Part shown: positions 58,460 to 64,000 of the stretch, piece after piece | How the letters are laid out: the number at the start of each line of letters is the position of its first letter | How positions within the stretch are numbered: the stretch's first letter is position 1 | Origin: Macrostomum lignano | Taxonomy: Eukaryota | Direction of reading: 5' to 3' | DNA: 64,000 bases | NCBI GenBank assembly: GCA_002269645.1 | Contig: NIVC01000284.1 | Coordinates: 558,001-622,000 of the forward strand | Translations under genes and position numbers: made by a program | Notes under the pieces: generated by a model | Seen by the model: the letters and a program-made list of their open reading frames with translations, nothing else | Databases searched by the model: none | Told to the model about the DNA's origin: nothing

Positions 58460-59325
58460 TACATAATAACAAATAAACAAAAACAGAATACGCGTTCAGC
58501 GTCACAGGGCGCGCCTCAAGCCCAGGTCGCGAATGAACGCCACGCCGCCGGCTGAATCCGGGGCGCCGGCGTGAGCCAGCAGGCAGTCGACGAAACGCCG
58601 AGTGCGCGCCTGCCCCCGCCGGTAGGGTGCCTGCAACGTTAGCAAGCAGCACCTCCTGCACCGGCTCTGGGCAGTACGACTCGGCGCGGATGATGTGGCC
58701 TGCCAGCTGGAGGCGCCGACGGCGCAACAGGTCGCTGCATGGGACAGACACCAGGCCGACGCGTTGATACAAAGCCGCGTTGGTCACTCGCTCGTAAAAC
58801 CGATCTTAAAGGCTGCGCGCAGCAGGCCAGCAGGTCAGCGACTCCCTCAGCGTCCAGGTCTCGGCGTTGTACAGCAGGACGGTCTCGATCACCGCCTGGA
58901 ACAACGCCACCCTTTGGCGGTCAGTTAGAGCCTCGGACTGCAGGACTGCCCTCACAAAACGAAAGGCGGCCCAGGCAAGCCCGCGGCGACGCCGCAAATC
59001 CTCGCGGACGCCGGGAACCAGACCGCCGAGGTACATTAGATGAACTGCTGAAAACGCGGAAGCTCTATTGCCTGTCCATCAGCGCCTCGGCACAAAATCG
59101 CAGCCTCGATGTCGTCCGGCACGCAGAGCACACGACGGTCTTCTGCGTATTGACCAACAGGCCGACATTCGCCGCAACAGCAACTAGTAGTACAGCTTGT
59201 ACAGTTGTCGCTGGGCCCCCTCGACAGTTGAGGACGGCAGGCCGCGAGATCGCCAGCGTAGGCAAGCACGCTGAGCCGCCTCTCCGGTTGACGTTGACCC
59301 ACGCGTCGCCGCAACAGAAACCCGG
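58460..59325 (-). mobile_element. 5'-truncated RTE-like non-LTR retrotransposon
   Basis: RLSVLAYAGDL (YADD site), GLLVNTQKT, YLGGLV..DLRRRRGLAWAAF, LFQAVIETVLLYNAETWTL, RRRRLQLAGHIIR. Frameshifted. Confidence 0.88.
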
Positions 59326-60057
59326 GCTGCCATTAACATTGATACAATGTTTTTTCAATGGTTGAAAAAAGGTTGCTATTGGATGTTGAAATAACGTCGT
59401 TTTTGGCCCGCCTTTTTAAGATTTTTAAACGTTGGTGGCCAACGTTGGGATTAGATTAAAAAATAACCGTCTACCAACCTTTTTGCTACATGCCCCACTG
59501 ACTACTTATAGACATAGCTCTATAGTTTCAGAAAATAATTAACAGAAGAGTCTTTTTCTTTTATTTTTAGCAAAAGAGATTGATTGTAATTTCATTTATT
59601 TAAAGTTGCGTAGTAAACTTATGGTTACGTCGATAATAGATGTTATAAAACGAAACTCGGCTTGTATAAATTTGGTTAATATGTTTTGAAGTATAATTTA
59701 TTAAAAGCTAGCATTCTTTAGTAGGAAAGATTAAAAGACTGCATGAACACTTATATAGAAAGATGCGCTCTTACGCAGGCGGGCCCGTAAAATTTAACTT
59801 CGTTAATTAGTTGACCAAATTTTTGCAATAGCTAAAATAAGCTCATATGGGAAAGCAGTGCTTGCAAACATACTTACTAAAAGTAGTTAAGAGTTTAATT
59901 GTTTTTGTCGTCCAGTAAAAATTTGAGTTTCTGACCATTTCTGATGGAAGAATTAATATGTTTTAATAGATAATTTTTGTATGAGCATAGCAAGTACAAT
60001 ATACTTTACAAGCTATTTGATACGGATGGTGGATGCTGTTTATGTTATATAACTGGC

Positions 60058-62220
60058 TTAGTCTGCATACATTTCACATAGAAGATCCCCATCCTCCTCG
60101 GTGTCCGCGTCACCGTCCTCAGCAGAATCACTCGAAATTGTCGAACCTTCAGCAGCTGCGGAACCAGTCTGGTTTCCAACAAGCAGCAACCTTTCGCTCT
60201 GCTTTCTGATTCGAGTGCCTGCGTGCCTTAGATGCTCGCCAACTGCGGCTTCGGCCGTTATTTTTGTGCAGTCACGGAAGACGCCAGAAGCTGCAGCTAA
60301 AAACACAAAATTTTGAAATATATTTTAAGCAGTACCTTTGAGGGATACAACTGTGGAAGGCTGATCATATTTAACTCAGCTCTGTCGATTCGATTTAATA
60401 CACTATATAATGTTGCAAATTGCACCAAACTGATTTACAGGAATCTTACTTACCACGGATAATAGGAAATAGACCAAGAGAGTCGAAGCTTCTCTTTGCG
60501 GCTCCTCGGCGAGTAGCCCCTCGCAGGCTAAACTGTGCTGCAAGGTCATCCGTCATGAGCTGTCGCAGAATGTTGGAAATCAGGTGATTTAGCCTCCTGC
60601 CCCCCAGAGAGCGAAATTGAACAATCTGAAAATGGACGATGGGGAATTATCCGCTGATTATACTGACTTACATTACATGTGTGTAGTGCGTAGTATCTAA
60701 TTCAAGGCCTATATAAATTATTTTTCGCAGTATAAATGTAAGACTGTTCTCTGTTATTAGCGTTACTCCTATCATAACTACTTTAAATCAGTAATAAGTA
60801 TTGACATCGAGTGACGTCCTTCGTTCACTCACTGTGGCTTTTTCGGCCTTCTTATCTCCCTTCACGGCCGAAATCCAGCTCTCAAGGGCCGCAAAGTCAC
60901 TGAATGGCAATGCTTCAAATAGCTGACGGTAGTCACAGCTGTCGGCGTCGTTCTCGTGTAGATTAGTTGGACGAGCCATTATCTTGTTCTGCAGATCAGT
61001 TAATGCAGCTTTCACTGATGTATGCTGAGCCTGAACTACATCTGCGCAATAAAATGATACAGTATATTATATAGAATTAGTAGCATATTGCATTATTTCA
61101 GTTCAGCATAAGAAGTCGAAATCAAGTAAGAAAGTACGAGTATATATTTACTTCGATTCAGGGGTTGCAGAGCTAGATTTTTCTAAGCGGGGGGCATTTT
61201 TCTTTTTAATCAAGAATTTGTTTTCTCTTTCAATTGAGTAATTAGGCTTAGGGACTTTAATTTTATGCTAAATTCACATGTACTCACTCTCAAGCCGCTC
61301 AACAGCTGCTGTGAGCTTCTCTACTTTAGCGCACAAATTAGACGCAGAGACGCTATCGTTTGGCTGCCCTTGTCCGAACGCAAGAACGTTGGGCTCCCTG
61401 TTATGAGCTGCCGGTGTTGATGCGACAGTCAGTGTAGGCGTGCCGAAAATGTCGGTCTCAGTAGCCGCCAACATGCTGGAATGATCAGCCGCTGCTGCCG
61501 CTCCTGTCGACTGGGGAGTTTGCGATTGCACTGGCATCTCTGGCGGTGGTGAATTTCTGATTGGCAGAATCGGTGGTGGAGAGCTTTCCTTTTGCTGTTG
61601 TTTCCTGCGACTTCGAGTCGTGTCATCAGGCCCCATGACCCGTCCGTCTGTCTCATCGATGAAGCGTGTTACCGGCTGCCGAGACCGCGGAGCATCAGAG
61701 TCACTAGTCTCTATAGTGCCTCTCCTTGCGAATCGCTTTCGAAATTCAACAGCTTCCTTCAGAGAGTCTGCAGCAGTGAAGATCAAAGAGAAATGATTTT
61801 ATTTGGCACTTTAGCCTTCATTCATTTTGATTTGATACAATGTATTGTGATAATTCACGCCCGCGTATTAAGACACATGCTTTATGTGTCTTAGAATTGG
61901 GATTGGGTATTGTATATTCAAAAAGTTAACGTTAAAGCTAAACGCAGACGTTTAAAAACTGCAATATAATTCCTCAAATATTGAAAATAATACTTATATT
62001 AACTATTCAATTGAATTTTCTTACCCCGAGATCCAACTATATCCACTGTCTCGAATGACCACTTGTCACTCGGCATCTTCCTGCCATTTATGGCTTGCTT
62101 ATAGTCCGATACTGGTGGCCAGCGAACAAGATTTGGGTTTTCGAACCACGTGTTTAAAGTCAGCTCTATGCTGCCATCGTCAAAAATGACCAGCACAAAT
62201 TTTTTCTCCAAATGGGACAT
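60058..62220 (-). CDS. EnSpm accessory protein (DUF4806-like), 5 exons, 431 aa, intact
   Basis: Exons 62220-62025, 61767-61288, 61041-60833, 60625-60454, 60296-60058 sum to 1296 nt with GT-AG sites and matching phases. N-terminal FVLVIFDD..TW..VRWPP; C-terminal LGGRRL..ILRQLMTDDLAAQFS..G..HLRHA. Confidence 0.8.
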
Positions 62221-63399
62221 TTTCGGATGATTAGCTGGCTATTCTTAATTCTATGAAAAAAAATGGAGCTAGGATGACACCTAAGGCTAAAGCACTTAAA
62301 CTAGATTTGATGAGAATATTCTAACGACAAAAGATGAAGTCAATATGATTAAGTCAGCTAGCTGAAGCAAAATATACAAACAGTTTTCTTTTTACTCATT
62401 TACCACTTGCATATTGGCTTTAAAGTATATTTCCATCAGTCTTCACTCCTCAGTCAACCAATTAAAATGAAGCAGCCCCCGGAATAAGGCCTCACCACCT
62501 GGTCAGTTGAACATTGGACATTGGACAAGCAAAATTGTACTGAAATTGTATCTTTCAGCAGCGGCAGATCCAGGGTTTTTGCATAGGGGCTGAGAATTAA
62601 ATGTGAGGGTGCCGCCTTTTGTCAGGCAGGGGCGCCTGGCGCCGCATCAGGTTAGAACCTATGCGATGAATGCCATTTTTAGCGCTTGTAGCACCTTTTG
62701 GCGCCTGTGACCCTTTCTAGGACAACGGAGCAACCTCCTGTGACAGGGCGCCCACCTAAGACAGGCGCTGTTCGATTTGGGTGGCGGGGGGCAACTGGGC
62801 GGGTCAATAGGCCATGTGAATAAAGTGAGCAGTTGCTCAAACTCTTTCGTTCCTTCGTTATATGAGTGATTCGCTCATCGTATTGCAGATCATTGTTGGT
62901 AAAATAAATAGGACAAAGTCATATCTTCTTTAAGGAACCAAAAATTTTTTTAGAAACCATAAAGCTAAGCCTTGGGGCTTGGGGAAACCTGGAGAGCCAG
63001 TAATTTATGACACGGAGACATTACTTCCTTAATCGTTTATCCTTTCATTGACAGGAAGGAAGAAAAATAATTTAAAATTACTTGTAAAAGTTGTAACCTT
63101 CTTATGCCATGACTTCAATCTATCTGATTTCATCAGACCATCCAGACTCGATAGATCCCATGTCGTCATATCTTATCTGCCATATTTCTATTTCTTCTGA
63201 TTTGAATTTATGTACTTTTCTTAGTGTTGTACAAAGGTTATGTGAGAGTGAATGATTAGCAAACGTGAAACATGCAGAATCAATCAGCAGTAGATTCTAA
63301 GAACATTGCACGTTAAAAACAGCATTTTAAACATTCGAAAAGCGTGAAAAGCGAAGTAAGTACAAAGTATTAGAAGGCTGAGAATAAGAGTCAGATTTT

Positions 63400-64000
63400 T
63401 CAGCTTCGCATGGAGTGCAGTAGTGGGAAAGCGACTTGCTTATCTTTTAAAGGGATAAGCATTGCCTTGCAGAAAATATCTTCTTTTCGTAATAAACTGT
63501 AGCCGCTGGAAAGCTTACTCACAACGGATATCATATTGGTGTCAAAAGAGTTCACCGGAGTTACATAAAGAGGCTCTGCTTGCCTAAAACTGCAAACATT
63601 CAGGTAGCAGGAATTATCAACAGTGGAAAGTATGTGAAAAACTCGACACACGAGCCCAGTTCGAGTCATAAAATAGCAATCAGGCTTAGAAACCGATAGA
63701 AATGTTGACTTTAAAGGTAAGTCGAGGCGAGAAAAAGCTGTGGAAACTCGAACAGGCAGAATAGTGTTCGGCAGAGGCATGGGCCTGGACAGAGTAAACT
63801 GGGCTAATTGTACTTTTTTGACATGCTTTTTAAGAAAACCGAGCGTAACATCTCTCTCAGAGACTCGCTTTACAACTTGCTGAAGAGCCATGAAGGGACC
63901 ACGGCAAAAGGCAGCAATGAAACGTTGAAAATTTTCGCCCCAAAAGCAGCTAAACTGCTCCAAGGGGCCAAATCGGCGAACATCAGCAGGGATATGGATG
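63400..64000 (-). CDS. C-terminal part of CACTA/EnSpm transposase
   Basis: IHIPADVRRFGPLEQFSCFWGENFQRFI...LQQVVKRVSE matches the H..DV..FGPL..FS.F.FEN motif of CMC transposases. Frame is open from the window end to the stop at 63400. Confidence 0.85.
   Translation of the reverse strand, partial: IHIPADVRRFGPLEQFSCFWGENFQRFIAAFCRGPFMALQQVVKRVSERDVTLGFLKKHVKKVQLAQFTLSRPMPLPNTILPVRVSTAFSRLDLPLKSTFLSVSKPDCYFMTRTGLVCRVFHILSTVDNSCYLNVCSFRQAEPLYVTPVNSFDTNMISVVSKLSSGYSLLRKEDIFCKAMLIPLKDKQVAFPLLHSMRS

Larger units (their letters stand above)
59325..64000 (-). mobile_element. CACTA/EnSpm (CMC) DNA transposon, running off the window end
   Basis: Transposase 3' end plus DUF4806-like accessory gene in the same orientation. 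AACGTT-rich subterminal-like sequence at about 59330-59450. Left boundary approximate. Confidence 0.7.

Noticed and set aside
61159-62800. hAT-MITE-like starts (caggggttgcagagctag at about 61160; cagcggcagatccag at about 62561)
   Set aside because: No matching second TIR or TSD was found.

Overview
Eukaryotic (animal) genomic DNA with spliceosomal introns, dense tandem repeats, many transposable elements and one N-gap (25956-26798). Gene content and repeat style suggest a free-living flatworm such as Macrostomum; this is inference only. Host genes I can support: the first exon of a dynamin-like P-loop protein; a PTB+SH2 adaptor (SH2D5-like); a cGAS-like/Mab-21 nucleotidyltransferase hidden by frameshifts; an intronless 35-aa-solenoid plus ankyrin protein; an atypical Rho GTPase; a PAN-like plus fibrinogen-domain lectin; an inverted pair of PAN plus F-type lectin genes; and a nicotinic acetylcholine receptor alpha subunit lying between that pair. 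Mobile elements: hAT-like, Gypsy, P-element and Helitron-like relics in a strongly C-to-T mutated block (about 10.2-19.6 kb); a hAT-like element with a 7-bp TSD and a Tudor-like transposase tail; a Tc1/mariner deletion derivative; foldback elements; two tRNA-SINE families; an RTE-like LINE; and a CACTA/EnSpm element with an intact spliced accessory gene. Best leads: the cGAS-like receptor among candidate immunity genes, and RIP-like CpA/CpG hypermutation of TE relics. All family assignments come from motif recognition by eye; no database searches were run. Many 1-nt indels may be assembly errors.
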